Shown: in pieces, positions 1-7,509 of the stretch
How the letters are laid out: the number at the start of each line of letters is the position of its first letter
How positions within the stretch are numbered: the first letter of the stretch is position 1
Assembly: GCF_000020025.1 (NCBI RefSeq)
Contig: NC_010628.1
Coordinates: 1,470,001 to 1,502,000, forward strand
Source of the DNA: Nostoc punctiforme PCC 73102
GTDB taxonomy: Bacteria; Cyanobacteriota; Cyanobacteriia; Cyanobacteriales; Nostocaceae
Length of the DNA stretch: 32,000 nt
Reading direction: 5' to 3'
Translations under genes and position numbers: made by a program
Notes under the pieces: generated by a model
Told to the model about the DNA's origin: nothing
What the model saw: the letters and a program-made list of their open reading frames with translations, nothing else
The model's database searches: none

Positions 1-66
1 CTTCACATTCCTGTTTTACATAAGAGTGAGTCTTATATAGCAGTTCTAAATCATTCGTAAAAAATT

Positions 67-99
67 AAATCCCCGACTTCTTAAATAAGTCGGGGATTT
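67..99. terminator. Hairpin AAAT-CCCCGACTT-(cttaaat)-AAGTCGGGG-ATTT; terminator-like in both directions and typical of a dispersed Nostocales hairpin family
   Basis: Perfect 9-bp GC-rich stem at 71-79/87-95, with an A-run on the left and a T-run on the right. It lies about 250 bp upstream of the first CDS. Confidence 0.4.
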
Positions 100-135
100 A
101 GACAACGCAAATTTTCACAACTCATTTAGGATTGC

Positions 136-212
136 TATAGCGTTTCTCGGTTGAGTCCAATACAGACCTAACCCCTAGCCCAAATGCTACAAGGGTTGGG
201 GAGAGGTTCATC
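136..212. repeat. Dispersed repeat (TATAG-GYTTCTC-GTTGAGT-CAATACAGA-CTAACCCC...); a second copy lies at 24301-24348
   Basis: 136-182 aligns by eye to 24301-24348 with only a few mismatches. The right part (aacccct...agggttgggg) is an imperfect palindrome. Confidence 0.7.
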
Positions 213-345
213 AAACTCACGTTAATTCAGTTAAAACTTGGTCAAAACTTGGGGTGCGGTACTTTATTTGCGTAACACACCCTATTTTCGTTGTATGTTT
301 CTTAGGTACATCGAACTGCTCTTGTAAACTTATTGAGAATTAACT

Positions 346-750
346 ATGGAACCTATTTCTCTGATTATTGCTGCTTTAGGTGCTGGTGCGATCGCGGCTG
401 CTAAAGATACCGCCACAACAGCCGTGAAAGATACCTATCAAGGTTTGAAGGCTTTGATTAAAAAGAAGTTTGAAGGCGATGTTCTAGGAAAAGCGATGGT
501 AGATGCCAAACCCGAAGAAATTAAGCAAGCTGAAGGTTTATTAAAAGACAAAATTACCAAAGCTGGTGCCGATAAAGATGCAGCAATTATTCAAGCGGCT
601 CAAGAGTTACTTAATCAAGTCAAAGAACAGCCCGGTGGACAGCAGATTATTACCCAAAATATCAGTAATGTCAAATATGCCGCTACTTCTGGTTCTGGTA
701 ATGCAAGTATTAGTGACATCAATGAACAAGGCACATCGAAAGAGAACTGA
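346..750 (+). CDS. Small putative effector: N-terminal Gly/Ala-rich hydrophobic helix, Lys-rich helices, and a C-terminal amyloid-signalling-like motif shared with the downstream NLR (Bell/HeLo-like by architecture)
   Basis: 134-aa ORF. N-terminus is MEPISLIIAALGAGAIAAAK. The C-terminal QNISNVKYAATSGSGNASISDINEQ matches residues 9-34 of the next protein. The gene sits 31 bp upstream of that protein on the same strand. Confidence 0.75.
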   Translation: MEPISLIIAALGAGAIAAAKDTATTAVKDTYQGLKALIKKKFEGDVLGKAMVDAKPEEIKQAEGLLKDKITKAGADKDAAIIQAAQELLNQVKEQPGGQQIITQNISNVKYAATSGSGNASISDINEQGTSKEN

Positions 751-781
751 GACTGTAACTTAATTAATCAGGGTAGATGTT

Positions 782-3700
782 ATGTCTAAGCAAGGCGAGA
801 TTCAACAAAGTGTTACAGAGAGTGAATACGCTGCTACCTCAGCGACTGGTAATGCAACTATCACTGTTACCAATTACTACTATCGAGAAGAAGCAAGATT
901 AGTCGCTTCTGATTCTACCGACGCTGCTGATGAATCTCTCCCTTGTCCTTATCGCGGTTTGTTTCATTTTGGCCCCAATGATGCGGATATATTCTTTGGG
1001 CGGGAAATTTTTATCGAAGAACTTTATAGTGCAACTAAAACCCGGAATTTTATACCCGTATTGGGTGCATCGGGAAGCGGTAAATCTTCGGTGGTGTTGG
1101 CGGGGTTAGTCCCGAAGTTGCAAACAGCCGGAAATTGGCAGTTTACTCACTTTCGTCCTGGTGCTGATCCTTTTCATGCGTTGGCTGTAGCTTTAGTGCC
1201 ACTTTATACGCCTAATTTAGATGCAACTGACCAAATTGCCCAAGCCCGCAAGTTAGCTGGTTACTTGCAAGATGGCTCTATGCTGATCTCGGACGTTTTT
1301 GCTAAAATTCGGCAAAATCACCCTAATCAACGGGTGCTATTAATTGCTGACCAATTTGAAGAAATTTATACTCTCTGTCACCATCAGGAAACTCGCCATA
1401 AATTTCTTGATTGCTTATTAGCTAGTTTAGAAACTTCCTCTTCTCTATCTGCATCCGCTACGGTGTGGGTAACGACAATGCGGGCAGATTTTTTGGGAAA
1501 TGCTCTCTCCTATCGTCCCTTTGCGGATATCTTGCAAAATGCTGATGTGAAATTAGGGCCGATGAATCGGGAGGAATTAACACAAGTTATTGAAAAACCT
1601 GCCGAAAAATTAGGGGTGACATTTGCAAGCGGACTGGTAGAACGCATTTTAGAGGATGTGGAAAACCAGCCAGGAAATTTACCTCTGCTAGAGTTTGCTT
1701 TAACAGAGTTGTGGAATAAGCGCACGGGTAAACAATTAACTCACAAAATCTATGAAGAAATTGGTCAAGTAGAAGGTGCGTTAGCTCGTCATGCTGATGA
1801 AAAATATGGCAACTTGACAGAGGAGGAAAAAGAAAAAGTCCGGCGGATTTTTATTCAATTGGTGCGTCCGGGTGAGGGAACAGAAGATACTCGACGAGTG
1901 GCGATGAAGGCGGAATTGGGGGAGCAAAGCTGGGATTTGGTCAAACAATTAGCGGATGCTCGGTTGGTGGTGACAAGTCGCAATGCTACCAGTCAAGAAA
2001 CGGTAGAAGTAGTCCATGAAGCTTTGATTCGCAACTGGGGAGAACTGCGGGAATGGATGAATAAAGACCGCGTTTTTAGGGCTTGGCAAGAGCGACTGCG
2101 TTCAGCAAAAGGACAATGGGAAGCAACGCAGCGAGATGAAGGGGCATTGTTGCGGGGTGCAGCGTTGGTAGAGGGGGAAGAAAAGCTAAAACAACGGCGA
2201 GAGGATATTAGCGCAGGCGAGCAAGAGTTTATTCAAGCTAGTGTAGCATTGAGGGATAGGGAACAAAAGCAACGGGAACGCACAAAACGGCTAACTTTTT
2301 CTGGATTGGCTGGGGGTTTGGTGTTAGCTTTGGGTTTATCTGGACTAGCGGGTATAGGCTGGGGGAATGCCGAAATCAGCCAAATTAATGCCTTTGCCCA
2401 AAGTTCCGATGGGTTTTTGAGTTTAGATGGGCGAAAAGCTGTCGAATCAAGCGTCAAAGCTGCTGTCAAAATGCGAGGTAAATTCTGGGTAGATGCGAAT
2501 ACCCGCACCCAGGTAAAACTGACATTATTAAATACAGTTCATAATGTTGCCGCACCTAACACCTTGGGAGGACACGCAAAGGAGGTTCAGGGCATCAGCT
2601 TCAGTCCCGATGGCAAGATGCTAGCTTCTGCCAGTGATGACAACACGGTGAAACTGTGGGATACCACCACTGGCAAAGAAATCAAAACCCTAACTGGGCA
2701 TACAAACTCGGTTTTGGGCATCAGCTTCAGTCCCGATGGCAAGATGCTAGCTTCTGCCAGTAGTGACAACACGGTGAAACTGTGGGATACCACCACTGGC
2801 AAAGAAATCAAAACCCTAACTGGGCATACAAACTCGGTTTTGGGCATCAGCTTCAGTCCCGATGGCAAGATGCTAGCTTCTGCCAGTGCTGACAACACGG
2901 TGAAACTGTGGGATACCACCACTGGCAAAGAAATTAAAACCCTAACTGGGCATAGAAACTCGGTTTTTGGCATCAGCTTCAGTCCCGATGGCAAGATGCT
3001 AGCTTCTGCCAGTGCTGACAACACGGTGAAACTGTGGGATACCACCACTGGCAAAGAAATCAAAACCCTAACTGGGCATAGAAACTCGGTTTTTGGCATC
3101 AGCTTCAGTCCCGATGGCAAGATGCTAGCTTCTGCCAGTTTTGACAACACGGTGAAACTGTGGGATACCACCACTGGCAAAGAAATCAAAACCCTAACTG
3201 GGCATAGAAACTCGGTTAATGACATCAGCTTCAGTCCCGATGGCAAGATGCTAGCTTCTGCCAGTGATGACAACACGGTGAAACTGTGGGATACCACCAC
3301 TGGCAAAGAAATCAAAACCCTAACTGGGCATAGAAACTCGGTTAATGACATCAGCTTCAGTCCGAATGGCAAGATGCTAGCTTCTGCCAGTTTTGACAAC
3401 ACGGTGAAACTGTGGGATACCACCACTGGCAAAGAAATCAAAACCCTAACTGGGCATACAAACTCGGTTAATGACATCAGCTTCAGTCCCGATGGCAAGA
3501 TGCTAGCTTCTGCCAGTGGTGACAACACAGTGAAACTGTGGGATACCACCACTGGCAAAGAAATCAAAACCCTAACTGGGCATAGAAACTCGGTTAATGA
3601 CATCAGCTTCAGTCCCGATGGCAAGATGTTAGCTTCTGCCAGTGGTGACAACACGGTGAAACTGTGGGATACCACCACTGGCAAAGAAATCAAAACCCTA

Positions 3701-4420
3701 ACTGGGCATACAAACTCGGTTAATGGCATCAGTTTCAGTCCCGATGGCAAGATGTTAGCTTCTGCCAGTGGTGACAAGACGGTGAAACTGTGGGATACCA
3801 CCACTGGCAAAGAAATCAAAACCCTAACTGGGCATACAAACTCGGTTAATGGCATCAGTTTCAGTCCCGATGGCAAGATGTTAGCTTCTGCCAGTGGTGA
3901 CAAGACGGTGAAACTGTGGGATACCACCACTGGCAAAGAAATCAAAACCCTAACTGGGCATACAAACTCGGTTAATGGCATCAGTTTCAGTCCCGATGGC
4001 AAGATGCTAGCTTCTGCCAGTAGTGACAACACGGTGAAACTGTGGGATACTACCACCACTGGCAAAAAAATCAAAACCCTAACTGGGCATACAAACTCGG
4101 TTAATGGCATCAGCTTCAGTCCCGATGGCAAGATGCTAGCTTCTGCCAGTAGTGACAACACGGTGAAACTGTGGGATACCACCACTGGCAAAGAAATCAA
4201 AACCCTAACTGGGCATACAAACTGGGTTTATGGCATCAGCTTCAGTCCCGATGGCAAAATGCTAGCTTCTGCCAGTACTGACAACACGGTGAAACTGTGG
4301 AGGCTGGATTTTGATTATTTACTCCAGAAAGGGTGCAGTTTTATGCGCGAGTATTATAAAACTAATCCCCCTGATAATGAGAGTGACAAGCACTTGTGTG
4401 ATGGTGTTGGTAATTTGTAA
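782..4420 (+). CDS. NLR-like STAND NTPase: N-terminal short amyloid-like motif, P-loop NOD (nSTAND/NACHT-like), a hydrophobic segment, then 14 WD40 repeats
   Basis: 1212-aa ORF. It has the PYRGLFHFGPNDADIFFGRE lead-in, Walker A GASGSGKSS, Walker B-like VLLIADQFEE, the hydrophobic stretch LTFSGLAGGLVLALGLSGLAGIGWG, and 14 copies of ISFSPDGKMLASASxDNTVKLWDTTTGKEIKTLTGHxNSVxx. Confidence 0.93.
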   Translation: MSKQGEIQQSVTESEYAATSATGNATITVTNYYYREEARLVASDSTDAADESLPCPYRGLFHFGPNDADIFFGREIFIEELYSATKTRNFIPVLGASGSGKSSVVLAGLVPKLQTAGNWQFTHFRPGADPFHALAVALVPLYTPNLDATDQIAQARKLAGYLQDGSMLISDVFAKIRQNHPNQRVLLIADQFEEIYTLCHHQETRHKFLDCLLASLETSSSLSASATVWVTTMRADFLGNALSYRPFADILQNADVKLGPMNREELTQVIEKPAEKLGVTFASGLVERILEDVENQPGNLPLLEFALTELWNKRTGKQLTHKIYEEIGQVEGALARHADEKYGNLTEEEKEKVRRIFIQLVRPGEGTEDTRRVAMKAELGEQSWDLVKQLADARLVVTSRNATSQETVEVVHEALIRNWGELREWMNKDRVFRAWQERLRSAKGQWEATQRDEGALLRGAALVEGEEKLKQRREDISAGEQEFIQASVALRDREQKQRERTKRLTFSGLAGGLVLALGLSGLAGIGWGNAEISQINAFAQSSDGFLSLDGRKAVESSVKAAVKMRGKFWVDANTRTQVKLTLLNTVHNVAAPNTLGGHAKEVQGISFSPDGKMLASASDDNTVKLWDTTTGKEIKTLTGHTNSVLGISFSPDGKMLASASSDNTVKLWDTTTGKEIKTLTGHTNSVLGISFSPDGKMLASASADNTVKLWDTTTGKEIKTLTGHRNSVFGISFSPDGKMLASASADNTVKLWDTTTGKEIKTLTGHRNSVFGISFSPDGKMLASASFDNTVKLWDTTTGKEIKTLTGHRNSVNDISFSPDGKMLASASDDNTVKLWDTTTGKEIKTLTGHRNSVNDISFSPNGKMLASASFDNTVKLWDTTTGKEIKTLTGHTNSVNDISFSPDGKMLASASGDNTVKLWDTTTGKEIKTLTGHRNSVNDISFSPDGKMLASASGDNTVKLWDTTTGKEIKTLTGHTNSVNGISFSPDGKMLASASGDKTVKLWDTTTGKEIKTLTGHTNSVNGISFSPDGKMLASASGDKTVKLWDTTTGKEIKTLTGHTNSVNGISFSPDGKMLASASSDNTVKLWDTTTTGKKIKTLTGHTNSVNGISFSPDGKMLASASSDNTVKLWDTTTGKEIKTLTGHTNWVYGISFSPDGKMLASASTDNTVKLWRLDFDYLLQKGCSFMREYYKTNPPDNESDKHLCDGVGNL
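2591..4300 (+). repeat. Tandem array of 126-bp (42-codon) WD40-coding units, 14 copies, near-identical at DNA level
   Basis: Units start at 2591, 2717, 2843 and so on. Units at 3725-3850 and 3851-3976 are identical 126/126. One unit is 129 bp because of an extra Thr codon near 4045. Confidence 0.95.
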
Positions 4421-4736
4421 TACCGCTATTACCTATGCGAGAACCGTTATAAGTAATGCTTAAGCCGTAGTTAATACAACTTAAACAGTACTTATTAATG
4501 GTGAAGCTGTAGTTACAAACGCTCATTATATGATAAGTAAACTTGAAGCTATAGTTAATATAACTTCTTCTGTAGTTATCAATGCTCAAGCTGTAGTTAA
4601 CACAACTTCTTCTGTGGTTATAAATGCTCAAGCTATAGTTAACACAGCTTCTTCTGTAGTTATGAATGCTCAAGCTATAGTTAACACAGCTTCTTCTGTA
4701 GTTATGAATGCTCAAGCTGTAATTAAGATTAGATAG
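4413..4736. repeat. 42-bp tandem repeat, about 7.7 units (consensus aatgctcaagctatagttaacacagcttcttctgtagttatg)
   Basis: Units are in phase at 4413, 4455, 4497, 4539, 4581, 4623, 4665 and 4707. The 3' units are nearly perfect and the 5' units become progressively degenerate. The first unit overlaps the NLR stop codon. Confidence 0.9.
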
Positions 4737-4743
4737 ACGCTTT

Positions 4744-4939
4744 AGAGGTTGTTTGAAAAGTATTTCGCTGTGATTTTAAGCACTTAGCGATCCCCCCTAA
4801 CCCCCCTTAATAAGGGGGGAAACGGAATCAAAGTCCCCCTTAGTAAGGGGGAAACGAATCAAAGTCCCCCTTAATAAGGGGGATTTAGGGGGATCTAGAA
4901 CGTTTTGATACCGATAAGAGGACTTTTCAAACATCCTCT
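4744..4939. mobile_element. MITE-like nested palindromic element (small dispersed repeat class) with a poly-C/poly-G hairpin core
   Basis: The outer inverted arms agaggttgtttgaaaagt (4744-4761) and acttttcaaacatcctct (4922-4939) match 17/18. The core at 4789-4895 runs gatcccccc...gggggatc and holds three CCCCCTTAnTAAGGGGG hairpins. Confidence 0.65.
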
Positions 4940-5069
4940 TAGATAAATTAAGAGAATTTACCAGTATTTATCTCATAAAAAGTATAATTATTTTTGTGGA
5001 TTTTGCTGAACCAGAATGTATTTTCAGTAGGACATAGTAGCTGTATAAATGTTACGAGTAACCAAATTT

Positions 5070-5465
5070 ATGTCTTTGAGAAAACGTACATCCCGCGTTC
5101 TAGAAAATGCTGAGTTAAGATTTGCTGGACTCAAAGCAATTGATGCTAATTTGGATCTTGGAAATACTTGTAATTTAAAAGCCCTGACAGAAATAATTGA
5201 AGAATTACGCAGCAAGTTAGAAGCTCATAATACTGCTCTTAGTACAATTGACTCTTCCAAAGTAGAAATTGAAGAATTAGAACAAACCTTGGGTACTTTC
5301 TCCGAAAAAATGCTCATGGGAATCGGCTTTAAATACAGCAAAGATAGCCGCGAATATGAGATGGCTGGTGGAGTTCGCAAAAGTGAACGTATCCGTAAAA
5401 GCAGAGCGACTCGCTTAAAAACTATTTCACAAAAAGCATCTATGCAGGGCACTAAACCCTTGTAG
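5070..5465 (+). CDS. Hypothetical coiled-coil protein with a basic C-terminus; paralog of the disrupted gene at 29009-29421
   Basis: The ORF runs 5049-5465. The start at 5070 (MSLRKRTSRVLEN) aligns with the MPRQKRSSTVLEK start of the paralog. The shared block is KYxKDSREYEMxGGVRK...RIRK...TRLK. Confidence 0.6.
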   Translation: MSLRKRTSRVLENAELRFAGLKAIDANLDLGNTCNLKALTEIIEELRSKLEAHNTALSTIDSSKVEIEELEQTLGTFSEKMLMGIGFKYSKDSREYEMAGGVRKSERIRKSRATRLKTISQKASMQGTKPL

Positions 5466-5557
5466 ATGTGTAAGCAATACAGTTCGGATCAGCAGGGAAG
5501 TAAAAAAAGTTATTAACCAGTAATTCTTGCTCCCCTGCTTGCCTCAATGCCCAAATA

Positions 5558-6337
5558 CTAAAATTCGCGTTGTGAGAAGATAAAAATAGCGATCGCTAAT
5601 AACAGGGCACTATAAAGTAAACCATAGCCAGCATTTGTAATTAGTGCAGTTGTATCAGGTAGTGCTTGCAGACCATAAACGGCATCATTTTTCAAATCTA
5701 ATCGAGATAAATCTGGCAAAATGAGAAACAAACCTTGAGTTAGACCTTCTATACCAGGGTTGCGGCTCAGACGACCTAGTTGGACTAAATCTTGAGTAAT
5801 ATTTCCGATTAAATATACCGCAAAGGTTAAAACAGTAGCGAGGAGAGAAGCAGTAAAAACACCGAAGGTAATAGCCATAGCGGTGATTAATGACAACTGC
5901 AATACTAAGAAAATTGCAGCAATTAAAATACTCGCTGTTGGGTGGTGAATATTACCAAATTGCAGAAATACTAGATAAATTGCTGTCATCGTAGCGACAA
6001 GTACAGCTAATACTGCGGATAAACCTAAGTATTTGCCGACGATAATTTCGCTGCGACTGACAGGTTTCGCAATCAACACCAAAATAGTACGTTTTTCAAT
6101 TTCTTTATTAACCAGTCCCGTACCAACAAATATTGTCACAATTAACCCGATGGCATTCATCGCCGCCATCCCGAAGTCTAAAAATATTTTGTCTTCAGTC
6201 GTAGCTGCAAATTGAGGAAGGACGCGAAAGGCAGCAGCGAGTATAAGCGCATAAAAACCAATAATATATAGGATGCGATCGCGTACCACTTCCTGAAATA
6301 CATTCTTTGCCAATACAAAAATTCTGTTAATAGTCAT
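5558..6337 (-). CDS. fraE: ABC-2-type permease-like membrane protein, FraE-like (third gene of the filament-integrity operon)
   Basis: 259-aa polytopic membrane ORF. Its position and length fit Anabaena fraC-fraD-fraE as I recall them (FraE about 263 aa, ABC-2 permease-like). No adjacent ATPase gene. Confidence 0.6.
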   Translation of the reverse strand: MTINRIFVLAKNVFQEVVRDRILYIIGFYALILAAAFRVLPQFAATTEDKIFLDFGMAAMNAIGLIVTIFVGTGLVNKEIEKRTILVLIAKPVSRSEIIVGKYLGLSAVLAVLVATMTAIYLVFLQFGNIHHPTASILIAAIFLVLQLSLITAMAITFGVFTASLLATVLTFAVYLIGNITQDLVQLGRLSRNPGIEGLTQGLFLILPDLSRLDLKNDAVYGLQALPDTTALITNAGYGLLYSALLLAIAIFIFSQREF

Positions 6338-6445
6338 TTGTCATTATTTGTCATTAGTCATTTGTCATTTTCCCCCTGCCCCACTTCGGCTACGCTCAGT
6401 GACCACCTGCCCCCTGCTCCCCTTCCTCCCCTGCTTCATCTCTTC
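6338..6445. repeat. Composite repeat block in the fraD-fraE spacer: TTTGTCA-type heptamer STRR, the CACTTCGGCTACGCTCAGTGACC element, and a C-rich CCCCTGCTCCCC motif
   Basis: It contains catttgtcattatttgtcattagtcatttgtcatt, then cacttcggctacgctcagtgacc (also present at 30167-30193), then cctgccccctgctccccttcctcccctgcttc. Confidence 0.8.
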
Positions 6446-7453
6446 TCACTGCTGCGGAGGCGGCGATCCGGCAATTAATTTACTGGCGCGATCGCATTCA
6501 ATTTCTGCAACTGTAATGTTATTACCTGAATTGCTGGTTGCTGCAACTGGTTCAATTCGGCAAGATTTTTTCAAGTAATAGCCCCGTGGGTTAGAACTTG
6601 GCCCTATCCAAATACTTAATAAATCTAATATATATCCAGACTTAGTATTAGCTACACGCGGTTCAATGCGCCATAAATCCTTCTCTTCATATTTCCCCAG
6701 GCTTTTTTGAATTACTGCCCTACCCAGAGTTCCTACTCGCTGTTTTGCATCAAGCAACCATTTCTCTACTTCCGACCAAGGTGTTTGGTTTATTTGTTCT
6801 ATTACTATTGGTTGAAGTCTTTCTAGAATTACAACACCGTTTTGTGGGATTTTTACTCGTTCTTCTGTTCTGACAACAAAGGTACTACGTTTAAAAGTAT
6901 CTGCTTGCAAACTAGGATATTGTTGAAACCAATGATCCATTACAAAATAAAACTGAATCCAGCAACTTAGTAGCATACTACTAGCAACTAAAATTATGAT
7001 TCTTTGGCGGTCTTGTGGCTTAGGAATTCTAGCTTTAGCGTCAGTATCACTTCCTTCAATAAACTCTGGTATTGCTGTAATTAGTGCTGAAATTGTCGGA
7101 CAAAAAACGATTGTTCTTGGTGTAATTACATCCTGTTGATTTCCAAAAGCAAAAACACTCACTAAGAATCCAGTGATTACTGCCCCAACTGGCATAAAAG
7201 TACCAGGAACTCTCAAAGGATCTTGAGTTGTATACCAAGCTGTGCCGGCAATCAAAAATAACCAACCAAAAAAGGCAATAATATCTTTGATATAGCCTGT
7301 AGCTAAATATGACAGTGCCCAAGAAAAAACACTCAAATAAATAAATGTCTGCCAAGAATAAGCTTTGGGTGGAACTAATACTTTTCTAATTCCTGCATAA
7401 ATCCCTTCCGCAAATTTAAAAATTCCAAATACATCTTTAAGTAGCGTATTCAT
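6446..7453 (-). CDS. fraD: Membrane protein with N-terminal TM helices and a C-terminal soluble domain, FraD-like
   Basis: 335-aa ORF between the fraC-like and fraE-like genes. It has 4-5 hydrophobic helices in the first ~200 aa and then a soluble tail. Length and order fit FraD (about 343 aa as I recall). Confidence 0.55.
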   Translation of the reverse strand: MNTLLKDVFGIFKFAEGIYAGIRKVLVPPKAYSWQTFIYLSVFSWALSYLATGYIKDIIAFFGWLFLIAGTAWYTTQDPLRVPGTFMPVGAVITGFLVSVFAFGNQQDVITPRTIVFCPTISALITAIPEFIEGSDTDAKARIPKPQDRQRIIILVASSMLLSCWIQFYFVMDHWFQQYPSLQADTFKRSTFVVRTEERVKIPQNGVVILERLQPIVIEQINQTPWSEVEKWLLDAKQRVGTLGRAVIQKSLGKYEEKDLWRIEPRVANTKSGYILDLLSIWIGPSSNPRGYYLKKSCRIEPVAATSNSGNNITVAEIECDRASKLIAGSPPPQQ

Positions 7454-7509
7454 GTTCCTCCTTCCACCTAATTAACTAATCACTCGTTTTCCTTCTAAGT
7501 AAAATCTTC

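Noticed and set aside
566-763. 65-aa alternative-frame ORF inside the small effector gene. Similar nested ORFs occur at 1510-1725, 2233-2508, 6033-6215, 7056-7355, 8498-8779, 10127-10348, 20908-21324 and elsewhere.
   Set aside because: All are embedded in, or antisense to, longer ORFs with clear protein motifs. None has independent support.
2587-4200. 537-aa ORF on the minus strand opposite the WD40 repeats
   Set aside because: It is an artefact of a stop-free 126-bp unit repeated 14 times. Its product is a low-complexity repeat (SHSFTVLS...LPSGLKLMP), whereas the plus-strand frame gives canonical WD40 motifs.
2591-4300. Diversity-generating retroelement targeting the variable WD40 codons
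   Set aside because: No reverse transcriptase or template repeat is present in the window. Variation is shared between neighbouring units, which fits recombination or gene conversion, and it is not restricted to adenine-templated positions.
4362-4736. ORFs on both strands across the 42-bp array (117 aa minus, 68 aa plus)
   Set aside because: Both strands are open only because the repeat unit lacks stops. The peptides are 14-residue iterations with no recognisable fold, and the minus ORF overlaps the NLR 3' end.
4413-4736. Possible CRISPR arrays (also 17644-17916 and 29550-29759)
   Set aside because: The units are directly adjacent with no unique spacers, they are shorter than or unlike CRISPR repeats in structure, and no cas genes are present in the window.
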